Below are positions 36,659-51,063 of a stretch of 64,000 nucleotides of DNA, in pieces (positions within the stretch are counted from its first letter, which is position 1; each line of letters begins with the position of its first letter). The translations under genes were made by a program, and so were the position numbers. Under the pieces are notes generated by a model that was given only the letters and a program-made list of their open reading frames with translations, was not told the origin of the DNA and searched no databases. The DNA comes from Octopus vulgaris (Eukaryota): NCBI GenBank assembly GCA_951406725.2, contig OX597829.1, forward strand, positions 5,828,001 through 5,892,000. Reading direction: 5' to 3'.

Positions 36659-37635
36659 ACGCACACACACATGAATAGGTGCGTGTATATGTGTGTGTTA
36701 AATATGATTTTTAATCGTGCACGTATAGCAACTACTCGACATTTTCAGTTTGTAATGGCGGCTGTGAATTGCATTTGCAGACATTAAAATTTATAGAATG
36801 TGATGGTGTTGTTGATAACAATGCCCCTCCCCTCCTCCTCCTCTCTCTCCCTCTTTCTCTCGTTCGCTTTCCTGCTTTCTCTCTCTTTTTACATTTTTAA
36901 TGATGGTGTTCTTGTTATTGGTAGATTAGAATATAAAAAGTTGTAGCAATCTGCTCAATCTGCTATTATTATTAAATATTCATCTTTATTACTTCACGAC
37001 GATTTCTTTGTTTTGTTTTCTTTTCCTAAAAACCTTCTATGTGAGAATGTTTCCATATACAAACACTTAACTTCGAGACATTCATACACAAAGATAGAAG
37101 TTTGTGTAAGAGATAGATAGCATAAGAGAAAGAGTTACTCGTTTTCGATTGAGAGAGGGCGAATATGGTATGTATGCTTGTATGGAGACAAATTGTGCAA
37201 AAGAGTGAATGAGAGATAGATAGATAGAGAGAGACAGAGAGAGAGAGAGAGAGAGGAGGGAGAAAGAGAGAAACTGTATAAGGGGAGTGAAGAATAAAAA
37301 AGACAGGAAATAGAAAGAGGAGACATAGGATCTGAGAAGGAGGAAAAACACCAGGTGTGTATCGAATTGTCGCGTTTTAATAAATCATTTAAAAAGATCC
37401 AAATTTGAAATTTTAAGCACGTACTTAATTTTATACGTTTATAAATTCACACATACACACGTACACACAAATACACACATATGTACACACTTGCAAACGA
37501 ACGTAGACATCATTACTAAAAAAGAAAAACAAACATATGCTTGTGTGCATATGTGTATGTATAAATGTGTTTTCACACAGAATAACGAAATGCACACATT
37601 TAAGTGAAGAAAGAGAAAGTGTGTGTGTGTGTGTA

Positions 37636-37672
<37 letters not shown>

Positions 37673-37926
37673 TGGAGAGAGAAAGTGTGTGTGTGCGTTT
37701 GGGTGTGTGTTTGGACGTGAGTATGTGAAGTGTCTATGATTGCATGAAATATTTATGCTGTTTTTCTATGTGACAAATGCTTACATTTCAATCGCAATTA
37801 AGCTAAATTGCACCGTGTTTTATATTTATTTACTCTTTCTTCCTAAAAGCGTATTTCAATCAAGCATATTGCCAGTTTTATTGGTGAATATATATTATTA
37901 TACCCCCACACATATATATGTCTGCC

Positions 37927-38002
37927 TGTATGTGCGTTACTCTGTGTGTGTGTTTATTCATATATATAGACATATACATATATATGTATATATATGTGTA
38001 TG

Positions 38003-38033
<31 letters not shown>

Positions 38034-38036
38034 CAC

Positions 38037-38117
<81 letters not shown>

Positions 38118-38124
38118 TATGTAT

Positions 38125-38168
<44 letters not shown>

Positions 38169-38237
38169 CACATATATATACATATATATGTATATGTCTA
38201 TATATATGAATAAACACACACACAGAGTAACGCACAT

Positions 38238-38240
<3 letters not shown>
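37927..38240. repeat. Perfect 76-bp inverted repeat flanking a TA-rich spacer
   Basis: 37927-38002 is the exact reverse complement of 38165-38240, checked base by base. Confidence 0.9.
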
Positions 38241-38290
<50 letters not shown>

Positions 38291-39259
38291 ATATATAAAT
38301 AGACAGACAAATAGATAAATAAATAAGTAGATAGGTAGGTAGGTAGGTATATTCATTAATATACATGTATGAGTACATATTAAAAACCCAAAACAGGAAA
38401 ATGCTTTTGATAACTTTATCCTGAATAAAATCAGGAAAATATTTACGTTCTTTTCAATGTGGGCAAACGGTTTCAAGCGGTTTTAAAAGGATTTTGTCAC
38501 GTTGAAATAGAAAAGAAATGAAACTGATAAAAATTAGATTAAAGCTATCTTTCACGATATCAGGAAACATTAATTAGATTTTCAATTCAATTTCTGTCCC
38601 TTGTTTCAGCATGACTAGATTGTCTATTTAAGTGATTGAATCCAGTAGCATACTTTCCTAAAATATAAACACTTTCTTCATTTTCTCCATGAGCTGTTTC
38701 TGAAAACATTTTATTTTCGTTTTTTAAGATAAATTAACGCGTGTGAAAAATCTTAATACCTATATACGCACATGTACACACACACAGACACACACAAACA
38801 AACACACAGACACACACAGACACACACACACATAGATAGATTGATAGAAAGACAGACAGATCGATAGATAGATATAGATGTATATATGTTTGTATGTATG
38901 CATTTATATATATATATTCTTATTACTTATCTGCTTGTAAATTTCTACTTATATAGATGTGTGTGTGTGTGTGTGTGTGTGTGGTTGAGGCATGACTTGG
39001 TGGTCAGTGCATTGTTCTAATGATCGTTATTTGTGATTTTTCTTCCTGGACCTTGCTATTCGCGGTGTTTTTGATTTTTTTAGCAATACACATCATTCAT
39101 TACAGCTCCAGTTCACTAAAATGATAAAATCAGCATTCCTTTGGCGGATCGGTTACCCGTTCATTGAGGAATATATAAAACACGAATACGGGAAATCGGC
39201 CTTATGAGTCTATTGTTCGGGAAGACCCTTTGATTCTTATATAACACACACACACACAC

Positions 39260-39900
39260 AAAGCGATCTACCCATATACGTAAATGCTTAAATATGGTGA
39301 GCGGTGTTCTAGAAACGTGGGTCATAGAAATACTCATGCTGGTGATCAAAGAGAACGGCAAATCCACTTAGGATAGATGAACACTTAATTATTGTTTGAA
39401 CAGAGTATCCTTCTAGGAGAAGGATAGTCTGATACAAAAGCCTGTGAATTGTTGATGGTTATCTAAGCCAGTGCTAGGCTTAGATAATTTCTAGTAGATA
39501 ATTTCTAGAAGTAGATAATTTCTAGAAAGTTAAGTAATTTCCTTGCAAGCTTCATTCATTGATATCGATTTCACACAATTGAAAGCTCTTCTGCGTTCAT
39601 GTTGGTTACTGAAACATAGAGGTTTGACCAGCTGGATGCATTTAATTGCAAGCCTTCACGTAGGTAACTTGGGATATTTGTCACATTTTTTTCCAAACAT
39701 GACGGTGGAGAGATTCTACAGCACCTCTAGTGACGGAGTAATTTGTCCTTTCCGAACATATTACTTCCAAACTGTTAATCGGGAACGACCTAGGAAATGT
39801 GATCTAAACAGAGCTTGCACTATTCTGGAACCGGGCAACAATACTTATGCGCAGTCTTAGCAATCCTCCATGATAACATCCAAAAATCTACACCTTTACA
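39260..39900 (+). mobile_element. Highly degraded RTE-like LINE RT fossil
   Basis: Scattered remnants MLKYG, FIDIDF..LKA and LIASLHVG..G occur in the order expected for RTE RT subdomains 0-4. Confidence 0.4.
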
Positions 39901-39954
39901 AGAGGTACCCGGACTTATGTATGAGTTGGCTCCCCCCCACACACACATGTAGAT

Positions 39955-40132
39955 CCCTTTATTCGTTTTAGTTATTTGACTGCGGCCATGCTGGACCACA
40001 GCCTTGAAAGGTTTTTAGTTGAACAAATCGACACAGGATTTATTCTTTGTAACACTAGTACTTATTCTATCGGTCTTTGGTTGAAACACTAAGTTACGGG
40101 GTGGTAAATACACCACCACCGGTTGTCAAGCG

Positions 40133-40186
<54 letters not shown>

Positions 40187-40542
40187 TTGTCTCAGTCATT
40201 TGTCTGTGGCCATGCTGGAGCACCGCATTTTTGTCGAGCATATCGACCCCAGGACTTATTCTTTGTAAGCTTAGTACTTATTCTATCGGTCTCTTTTGCC
40301 GAGTTGCCAAGTTACGGGGACGTAAACACACCAGCATCGTTGTGGGGGGAAAAACACCGACACAAACATATACACACATCATACATATACAACGAGCTTC
40401 TTTCAGTTTCCGTCTACCAAATTCACTCACAAGGCTTTGGTCGACTTGAGTTTATTGTAGAAGACACTAGCCCAAGGTGCCAACAGTGGGACTGAACCCG
40501 AAACAGTGTGGTTGAAAGCAAGCTATTTACGACACAGCTTGC
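39955..40542 (-). mobile_element. Two SINE family A copies (partial 39955-40133; near full 40185-40542)
   Basis: Reverse-complement match to 8365-8766. Confidence 0.85.
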
Positions 40543-40610
40543 TTATACATATATATAAATAACATATATATATGCATATATACATTCGTGTATGTACATG
40601 CATTTATACG

Positions 40611-40717
<107 letters not shown>

Positions 40718-41185
40718 GTACAGGACGTCATGAACGTGTACAACAAAAACATACGAAGCACGGATATATGCAACACGAACTATTTTTTCGAACAAGGAAA
40801 GACATAAATGAAAACAAAACAAACAAGATAAAGAACGACCCATAATCAGTTGTTGGCTATTTTTCTAGTCTCGTATTTCGAGCATTTAAACTTATTTGTG
40901 TATACACTTATGTAATACACACGCGCATGTGCATATACGTGGCCTTCCAAATTGTCCTTTTCAAAGAATTTCTATTTTCTTCGTACTCTTTTATCCTTAG
41001 GCAGACATGAAGTACGAAATGCAGTTCGTTTTTCTGATTGTATGACATTTGTTTCTGTATGTGCGTAACCATCTTATTAATGAGTTTGTTCACGTCAGTG
41101 AAGCACGCACGCGTGCTCATTCATATATATATTGTCGTTAACCAACTGTAGACATCGTTTATATAGTATTATAAAGTTAGCATAT

Positions 41186-41338
41186 AGGCGCAGGCATGGC
41201 TGTGTTGGAAGAAGCTTGCTTCCCGACCACATGATTCCGTGTTCAGTCCCATTGTGTGGGAAGTAGTTTCTGCTATATCCTTAGGCCAACAAAAACCTTT
41301 TGAGTGTATTCGGTAGACGGAAACTAAAATAAGCTCGT

Positions 41339-41388
<50 letters not shown>

Positions 41389-41588
41389 CGAGTGTGTGTG
41401 TGTCTTTGTTTGTCCTCCCATCACCACTTGACAACCGACGTGGGCGTGTTTACGTCTCCGTAACCTAGTGGTTCGGCAAAAGAGACCAATAGAATAAGTA
41501 CTGGTGTCGATTCATTCTGCTAGAAATTCATGGTCGTGCCCCAGCATGGTCGCAGTCCAATGACCGAGACAGGTAAAAGATAAAAGGT
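41186..41588 (+). mobile_element. SINE family A
   Basis: aggcgcaggcatggctgtgttgg...gtgttcagtccc...gtagacggaaact...ggttcggcaaaagagacc...ggtaaaagataaaag. Confidence 0.85.
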
Positions 41589-43056
41589 ATGTTTACAGTA
41601 TTATCATAAAAGTTTATAGTTGTCACTCTCCCAATTCGATTTGATATAATTTTCATCGTATGGTGCAATAAGCGACAGAAACGCTACCAAACATAACTTG
41701 TTATTAACTCTCACCGTGTTGATGTGATTAAAGCAACCCTAGAAGATGGCGCCCGGGAAACATTTGATTAAAAACTTCCTGCACAAAGTGAATCCACTCA
41801 CTAAAGCATCAATATGACTATCGATTAGCTTCCGAACACGCCATCAAAAGGCTACCAGTTCTAGATGAAATATGGTTAGAAATTTTAAGCTTAAAGAAAT
41901 TCTCCCCTCACATTATATGGAACTTATGGGCAATAAACACCAGGTTCTACAACGTTATTGTTAATAACATATTTTAACTTCATTTAATTTGATTACTTTC
42001 TCACATTCTAAATATAGTGTCTGGATTTAACTTGTGATTAATTTGTTTTTCTCGTATATTTTACACGTCTTTCCTACTGTTTTATTATTTGAAAAATATA
42101 TTTTTAGTACTGCATCTGTTTTCCCACGGTCCGGTTCCTTTATTATGAAATTAGTAATTTTTTTTTATTACTATTTAAATTTGACCTACAGGGAATACAT
42201 CAGCTTTTTTTAATAGCGATATATATTCGCACCGCTGAAAATTTACTTACAAATATACTAGATTATTGAATATTTTTAAAACTTATTTTGCTCGAAAAGA
42301 AAGTATGAGTATTTAAATTTTCATTTATACTTACAACTAAATTTGTTTTATGCTTCGGAAAATAAATAAAATAAATATTTACCTCTACTTTATATATTGT
42401 GTCTTATTATGCAGAAAATATTTGTTGGCTTTATAGAGTTTAAAGTATGGATGCATGGTTCCATTTCATAAGTACATGGTTCCTGGTCGTGACCACCGCT
42501 CGAGATTTTGGGTGTCCTCCATAATAGTTAGTAATTTACCGATGATTGTAAGTGAAATTTTGTGTATGGAAATTTATATGAATATTTGAATTCAAATTCT
42601 GTACATGGGTCCTCAGAGATGCAAGTACTTTGGCATATTCAAGACAGCGGAAGGCGAATAATTCTCTAAAGGAATATTACACTGATTATTATAACCTTCG
42701 ATAAATAGATATCGAGAAATTGATTAAATGTCTAAGAAGTTAGGTTTATGTAATTAACTAAAACTCTTACGAATTGTTCCCCCCAAAATGCATACACTCT
42801 AATAATGAGAATTACTAAAATGTGTTTAAAGGCTATTTATTGTGTGAAGTGGTCCATAAGTTATATACTGCAAACGAACTAAACATGCAGAGCCAGAAGA
42901 GAAGGAGACTACCATCTCTGTGCTATGCTTTTGCAAAACAATGCTATAATATACGTACATATGTGTAAGTCAGTGTTAACCGTTTCATAAATGCACACGT
43001 TACACATGTGTAGTACATATGTATAATACATGTATACTAGTACTTGGAGCCAAACT

Positions 43057-43091
43057 GAAAGTGATACAAAGTATTTCTTTGTATCACTTTC
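43057..43091. repeat. Perfect 15-bp hairpin
   Basis: GAAAGTGATACAAAG tattt CTTTGTATCACTTTC. Confidence 0.85.
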
Positions 43092-43610
43092 CTCTTCCTT
43101 CGACTATCGTTCAGTCGCAGGACTTTTTTCATGTATATATAAGCTTGGTAGGAAACAAATATATATAAACACATGACCACACATATATGTATACATAAGT
43201 ATATTCGAACACACCCATATGTATACGTATGCTGACTTGAAACTGCATCGTGTAATCGGGCCCCGACACCAGAGTTCTATGGTTTCGGGGAGTGTGGAGT
43301 TACCACTTAACCACTAATGTTCCCAGGTCTACCATGAGCCAGAGTATAGTATCTGATACGGGTGAATTAGCATGTGAACTATTGGGAGTGAAGGATCAAC
43401 AAGTCTCGTAAGAACTTCTGGGAGAAGATAAACTCATATAACACTCCTGGAGTACAGTTCATTTCTGATTCTGCAGGTGATTAAACTGAAAACTGGATTC
43501 ATACCGCACGATATCCATTCAAAACGAATTCACAGTCTCTTAGAATGAGTGCATTGAAATTACTAAGTTAAGAAAGGGGATTTACTCGTATACATGCAAA
43601 TTGACTTCAA

Positions 43611-43960
<350 letters not shown>

Positions 43961-44442
43961 TACACACACATACACATGTATGTATGCATATACCCAAGGG
44001 TAGAGAAAGCTCAGGTTATTTCTGACAATACCGCTTTTCTAGCAGAAAGATACTCTGACAATAAATCTTGCTGTCAACATAGTACCGACTGTCTTAAAAT
44101 GCTTCTTACTGGAACCCAGTTTGGTGACCGAGCAAGAGTAAAAGTTTTGTATGACCTTTTGTCGCTTAAATCCAGTGACGTACGGATGATTCACTACTAT
44201 TTCTAAATGTGAGACGACTACCATCTGACAAGTTAAGGCAATTGTCATCAGCCGAAATTGTGAAGATTATCTGGTACTCGACTAAGGAAGGAAGTCTCCG
44301 AATGACCCGTCATTGTTTTCTTTGTATCATGTGTTTGGATGTTTTGTTGTCCCATTTTTGTATCATCTGGCTGTCCGGATGTTTTGCGTTCTCCTATTTT
44401 GCATGTTATATATATTCTATTTTCTCTCCCTATTTATTTCCG

Positions 44443-44480
44443 TGTTCCTGTAGAAGAGCGTAGGCTCGAAATGTAAAAGA
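44443..44480 (+). ncRNA. Minimal hammerhead motif with A6U core (H4, second copy)
   Basis: CTGTAGA a GAGC gtag GCTC GAAA tg TA aaaga. The downstream cccgagcgttaaactaatacatctgtttgttgtttacac parallels 21800-21840 and ends in (TA)n. The 5' arm of stem I is eroded. Confidence 0.55.
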
Positions 44481-44565
44481 TTTTCTCACTTCCCGAGCGT
44501 TAAACTAATACATCTGTTTGTTGTTTACACACCCGTCTTCGTCTTCTATTTCTTTTAAAATTCTC

Positions 44566-44625
<60 letters not shown>

Positions 44626-44647
44626 AATAAATAAATGTAAACATATA

Positions 44648-44712
<65 letters not shown>

Positions 44713-46402
44713 ATATATATATATATGTTTACATATATGTATTTGTTTATATATATATATGTATATATATATTTATAACCAAAGAAGAGTATATAATTGT
44801 GAATAAATCACAATTTAACGGAGCTGCTTTTATTAATTTTTCGCCGTCGTTTGTTTCAACTGGTCTTTTCTTATAAACGCTGTGCATGACGTTTGAATTC
44901 AGAATTTGAATTGTGTAGATAGACGTTGACACATTATTCTTGCCGGTCGGGAAACACGTTAAGCCCTAAGGTATGCTTTTTTGTGTTGATTTTTATGTGC
45001 AGGAATGTCTTCCTAAAGAGAAGAACGGATCCATTTTGGTTCCTAACTTCGAAATTGCAATAGAGGACTAACCTTTTATTTTTATTTAGATTTGGATTCT
45101 TATGTCATGGCGCTCGCCGACAGCATTTATAATTGAGGAGATTAAATATGAGTGATTATAGTAGCTTTCTGGCGGTTTTGACTGCTATTTCTAGGCATGT
45201 AAGGGGTTTCATAACACTCTCCGTTATAATTGTGATTTAAATTTTTGATTGCATGTTCTGGCCACTGATATATTCGTAAATAATTTTGAATTGTTTACAA
45301 TATATTTTTAGTAATATATCTTTACATTCACTCCTCTTCTTATACATACATACATACATACATACATACATACATACATACATACATACATACATACATA
45401 AATACATACATACATACATACATACATACATACATACATACATACATACATACATACATACATACATACGTACGTACATATACGTGTGTGTGTGTGTGTG
45501 TGCATAGATTTCTTTAATTTAATAACAAATATTGTTCTTTGCATTTAATGATTGCTTAAAATGTCTACATGACTGATATGTGTATATGAAACAGGAAAAT
45601 GTTAGTGCTAGATTTATTCTCTCTTAAAAGAAAACACGAATATCATGCGTTGTTATATAATGAACGTAATACATTATTCAGAAAGTAAACGAATTATCTA
45701 GTTAATTATTTAAGGAACATTAGTTAATCATTTACGGAACTGAACTCAGAATATTATAAAACTGGTTCTTGTAGCAGGAATGTGGTGATGATATTTTATA
45801 AGCAAGTTACTCCAAATGAGTCACTTGTTTCTCGCGCTTAGGTGAAGTGAAGAAGAAAAACAATCAAAAATACCTTTTTGAATTGAGGAAAGAATATAAA
45901 GCTTGCTTTGGAATTGAGCCTAGCATCTATGAGCTACTAACTATCGATAATCCGATACATTATCCATTCACTCATGTTACTCACGATCGCTGGAAAGTTC
46001 TAAAACAAATCTTTTATAACAAACATATTCAATTACGAATGATATACAACGCCAGGAAATGTTAACTTTTGCAATTAATAGTTTCCAATATATTGATTCT
46101 TTCGGAGTTGGCACAAACCCAAATTTAGTAGAGGTGCGACAATCGGTTGATTAGCAGCAATCTATTGAATATTTTCTATAGTCTTAGAGCCTAACATCAC
46201 AAATAACCGAGGTATTTTCTCTTAAAACATTGGTTTTTTGGCGTTGTGTGTTTTATATCAGAACACTTTCAGTTTAATGCCCATATGTTTTTTCTTGAAG
46301 GAAAATAAACACTTTTTAAAGAAGCCATAATCAAATTCTTAAACATGCCAATACACTCGGCCGTTTGCTGACCGCTCTCTCTCTCTCTGTATATATATAT
46401 AT

Positions 46403-46481
46403 ATATACTTTATTTAACAAAAGCTGTTACTCGGAGTTTCACGTTCCCGTTCGTCGGACAGTTTTGTTAAATAAAGTATAT
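46403..46481 (-). ncRNA. Type-I hammerhead motif with U4C core inside a 24-bp stem I (H5)
   Basis: Minus strand: ATATACTTTATTTAACAAAA CTGT CCGACGA ACG ggaa CGT GAAA ctccgag TA ACAG c TTTTGTTAAATAAAGTATAT. The host element (~46403-46548) lies between (TA)n tracts. Confidence 0.7.
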
Positions 46482-46553
46482 TACTCTACCTCTGGTATTT
46501 GAGTACTCTTTTTCCACCTTGTTTCACATTTATGTGTTTACTCCGGTATATAC

Positions 46554-46604
<51 letters not shown>

Positions 46605-46629
46605 GGTTAGATTTGATTACAAGAACAGA

Positions 46630-46796
46630 GGTAAGTCGATTACATTGAAACCAGTGCTCAACTGGTACTCATTTTATTGACCCTTGAAAGAATGAAAGGC
46701 AAAGTCAACTTTGGCGGAATTTGAACTCAGAATGGCGAACGAAATGCCACTAAGCATTTTCCCTAGTTTGCCAGCGATTCTGCCATCTCGCCACCG
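46630..46796 (-). mobile_element. SINE family B
   Basis: gtcgattacattg...ccagtgctcaactggtact...gaatgaaaggcaaagtcaactttggcggaatttgaactcagaa...gattctgccatctcgccacc. Confidence 0.8.
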
Positions 46797-48177
46797 TTGG
46801 AATCGTAGAGTATGTATCGACATTAAACGCTCACAAGCAATTTACATTAAATATGCACAAATGAGACTTTTGTTAATGCATGAAAGATGTTAGAGAGAGA
46901 TAGAGGAGTTTATGGAAGGTATGTTATCATATTAGAAGTGTTTTCAACAAAGACTTTTGTTCAGGTCACGTCTGCATTATACTTCTTATAGTACAAATTT
47001 TTTTCAACATTGTTTTAAGTACACTTATAAATAGCATTGATACAAGGCCAATACTTTTGCGTGTAGGTATAAGTGAAAAATACTGAACCCATTACTCGGC
47101 TATTACTTAATTTTATACACACATCAAGGATGAGAGGATGTTGACTTTGGTGGGATCAGAACGCAGAATGTTGAGTACCATAATTAAAACCACAAAGCAG
47201 TTGTCTGACACGCCGATTGCTTAAGTCAAACGAAGGACATGCATGTTTTAAATATACTGATTAATCACATATTCATTTCTTTTTTAAAATTCAAACTTAT
47301 GGAAAAGCAATCTTTGGCGAAATCGAACAGCGACTGATGTTCTGTAAATTATGCCTGAAATGTCTCTGAATTTGATCAATTATTGTTAAACGTTTATTTT
47401 CATTTCTTTCGTTCATGGGTTGTGATGACCGCTTTATTTGACAGCTTTAATCCATTAGTGGATAGTGCGTACACAACTAATTAATAAAAGCAGTAACAAG
47501 GCCTTGATTTCTCGGAAATTAAATGTACGCCGCCTCACTCACACCCTGTCGACTACCACTCACAAAAGTTCCAATACGTTCGCTAACATATGCGCAATTC
47601 TTTAGATATGACATGTTAACTTTATTATGCATCGGCTCCACGTTCAATCAAGTTTTTGAATCGCACTAATTGTGTGGGAAGGTCTTGGTTATATGTTTAA
47701 TTTCCTGCTTATCATATTGATATCTGTGTGTGTGTGTTTCTCGCCTCCTGCAACTTTCTCTTTATCTCTACGTTTTCATCTCTTCTTGTTTCTTTTCCAA
47801 CCAATCTTTCTGCTTCTGCACGCAGAGAACCACAGACACATTAACTGTCTGTTTCTCTTTCTCTCTGTCTCTTTCTGTGTATCTCTTTCTCTCTGTCCCT
47901 CTATGTGTATCTCTTTCTCTCTGTCCCTCTATGTGTATCTCTTTCTCACTTTCTTCCACAAACACACACTCGCACACACAAACACACACATATACATATA
48001 AAGATAAATAGATACCGACGTATGTGTGTGCGCATGATGTTATGAAAGATTATGTATATATGTGTAGGTATGTACATGTGCATACATATATACAATATTT
48101 ATGATATTTAAACACATCTATCTACACACATATTTCTGAGCGTATATATTTACATGTATGCGTGTGGATTCTTTTAT

Positions 48178-48430
48178 TCTTGTATTCTTTTACTGCTTTC
48201 ATTTGACTGCAACCATACTGGAGCAGCGCCTTTAGTCGAACGAATCGACCCTAGAACTTATTCCTTGTAAGCCTAGTACTTATTCTATCGGTCTCTTTTG
48301 CCGAACCGCTAAGTTACCGGTAAGTTAGCACACCAACATCGGTTGTCAAGTGATGGTGGAGGGACAAACACAGACACACAAACATGTATATATATATATA
48401 TATATATATACACACGACGGGCTTCTTTCA
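48178..48430 (-). mobile_element. SINE family A, 3' half
   Basis: Reverse-complement match to 8500-8766. Confidence 0.8.
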
Positions 48431-48609
48431 TTTGTGTGTGTGTGTGTGTGTGTGTGTATATAAAATTGTTACTAGTCCAAAGAGGTGGTTGAACAGAAGA
48501 AATGAAGTTGAAAGTGCAGAGAATATATTAGAATTAAGCACAATTTAATTACAGTTTAGAAATATATGTAAATATATATATACATATATATATATATACA
48601 TATGTATGT

Positions 48610-48680
<71 letters not shown>

Positions 48681-48683
48681 CAC

Positions 48684-48782
<99 letters not shown>

Positions 48783-48807
48783 CATATACATACATATATA
48801 TATATAG

Positions 48808-48920
48808 TAAAAATTTACGAAAAAATCCAAAAGACGAAGACGGGTGTGTAAACAACAAACAGATGTATTAGTTTAACGCTCGGGAATTTAGAAAGTCTTT
48901 TACGTTTTGAGCCTACGCTC
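48808..48920 (-). mobile_element. Truncated third copy of the H4 hammerhead-bearing element, abutting (TA)n
   Basis: Minus strand gagcgtaggctcaaaacgtaaaagac...cccgagcgttaaactaatacatctgtttgttgtttacacacccgtcttcgtctt is near-identical to 44456-44546. It is truncated at stem II, with GAAA changed to AAAA. Confidence 0.75.
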
Positions 48921-50189
48921 GATGTAATTCCTAGCAGCATTTACCACACCACACTGTGGTTTGAGTTTAAAGCCGGACGTGTCCTACAAGGGTGGTTGAT
49001 TTAATCCTTCCGCTGGTTCATTTCCATAAACAGTTCCTTGACTGCATTTTAGTCAAGTCTACTCTGTTGCAAGCAATCGCTGTACGTGAACATGAGGGTT
49101 AATATCGTATTCACTTGAAATAACAGGACCTAAGTACAATATGGAATCCTACAATTTGGTAAAATGATCTGAGTGAACTATGAGCGAGGAATCGTCCGGT
49201 CAGGTGGTAGAAAAGAAGTAGGGCTAGCTGTGATTGTAAAACAATATCTTCACTTACTGATTTTGTCGTTCATTCATTGAAACTGAGATTTTACTTGTAA
49301 TATACTGTACATATTTTAGAGGCCCTGGTAAAATCGATGTCAAAGTCAATACTTGCATTACTAAGAGATGTCAGGAGCAGCAGGAAAGTAACTGGACATA
49401 TCAGAAAATTTAGTTTAAGTCCAACTTCGGCAAAAACCGTCTAATTATAAATACGTACATACATATATACTTACATATATTCATACATACATATATAAAT
49501 ACATACATACTTACATACATTCATACATTCATATATGAACGAATACATGCATACATACATTCATACATGCATAAATACATTCATATATACATACGTTCAT
49601 GCATACATACATACATTCATATATACATACTAACATACATACATGAATACATACATCCACACATTCATACATACATGCTTACGTACATGCAATCATACAT
49701 ATATAGTTATTAACATACATACATATGCACATAGATACACACATATAAATTTGGTGTCAATAACAAATATCAAAATCGATATTATTTACTGTGCCCTTCA
49801 AATATCGATCTCTTGTCAAAGCAAGATAAGTTAATGCTTTCATGAGTGTGTGTATGTGTGTGTGTGCCTGTGTTGTGTGTGTATGTATTTGTGCTTGTGT
49901 GTGTATGTGTGCATGCGTATATATTTATGCAAGCATATATATTTATATATACACATTTGTATATGTATATGGGTGGTTGCGTGTGTGTTTCTGTGTGTGT
50001 GTGTGTGCTTGTGTGTGTGTACGTGTGCACGCGTATATATTGAAATATACGCATATTTGTATATGTAAATGGTGGATGCGCTGCGTGTGTGCTTGTGTAT
50101 GTGTACCTGAGCATGCATATATATTATATATACACATATTTGTATATGTATATGGGTGGATGTGTGTGTGTGCATGTGAGTGTGTGTTT

Positions 50190-50228
<39 letters not shown>

Positions 50229-50475
50229 CGACCGTGTTTGCTTGTGTGTGTTCAAGCATATCCTAAAATGTGTTTCTAATTTTAGTTGAAATCCCGAGTT
50301 AAATTCTGCGTTTCTTCTGCCAGAATATAAAGACATTGCGAGTGAGATGAGTCAACTGACTTAATCAATCGACTGTCAAATTGCGACAGTATTATGTGGG
50401 AGGTGTGTTGGAACAAGAAATTAATTTAGTCGGGTGCGCGACAGGCAATCATTGCTTGCCTACATGTTGTTGCTA

Positions 50476-50659
50476 TACATACATACATACACACACACAT
50501 ACATACATACATACATACATGCATACATACATACATACATACATACATACATACATACATACATACATACATACATACATACATACATACACACACATAT
50601 ACACACACACACACATACATACATACATACATACATACATACATACATACATACATACA

Positions 50660-50693
<34 letters not shown>

Positions 50694-50845
50694 CATACAT
50701 ACATACATGCATGCATACATACATGTATACATACATACATACATACACACATACATACATACATACATACGTACATACATACATACATACACAAACACAT
50801 ACATACGTACATACATACATACATACATACATACGTACATACATA
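50476..50845. repeat. (TACA)n microsatellite
   Basis: Direct reading. Similar arrays at 34377-34457, 45342-45480 and 49450-49700. Confidence 0.95.
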
Positions 50846-51012
50846 TAATTTGTATGTGTGTGTGTGTGAGAGAGAGAGAGAGGAAGAGGGGGAGACAGAA
50901 GATGAGAAAGAGAGAAAGTGGCAGACAGGTGTCTCTCCCTCTCATATCTCGGTTCTGTCAGTTCAGGAAAAGCTGATGAAGCCGCTCTATATGAGCAATA
51001 ACAAAATAAAAC

Positions 51013-51063
<51 letters not shown>

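Noticed and set aside
39481-39530. Triple tagataatttctag repeat as a regulatory array
   Set aside because: A short local tandem duplication inside a decayed RTE fossil, with no evidence of function.
50973-51000. CTGATGA followed by a GCTC/GAGC hairpin
   Set aside because: No GAAA, stem III or stem I.
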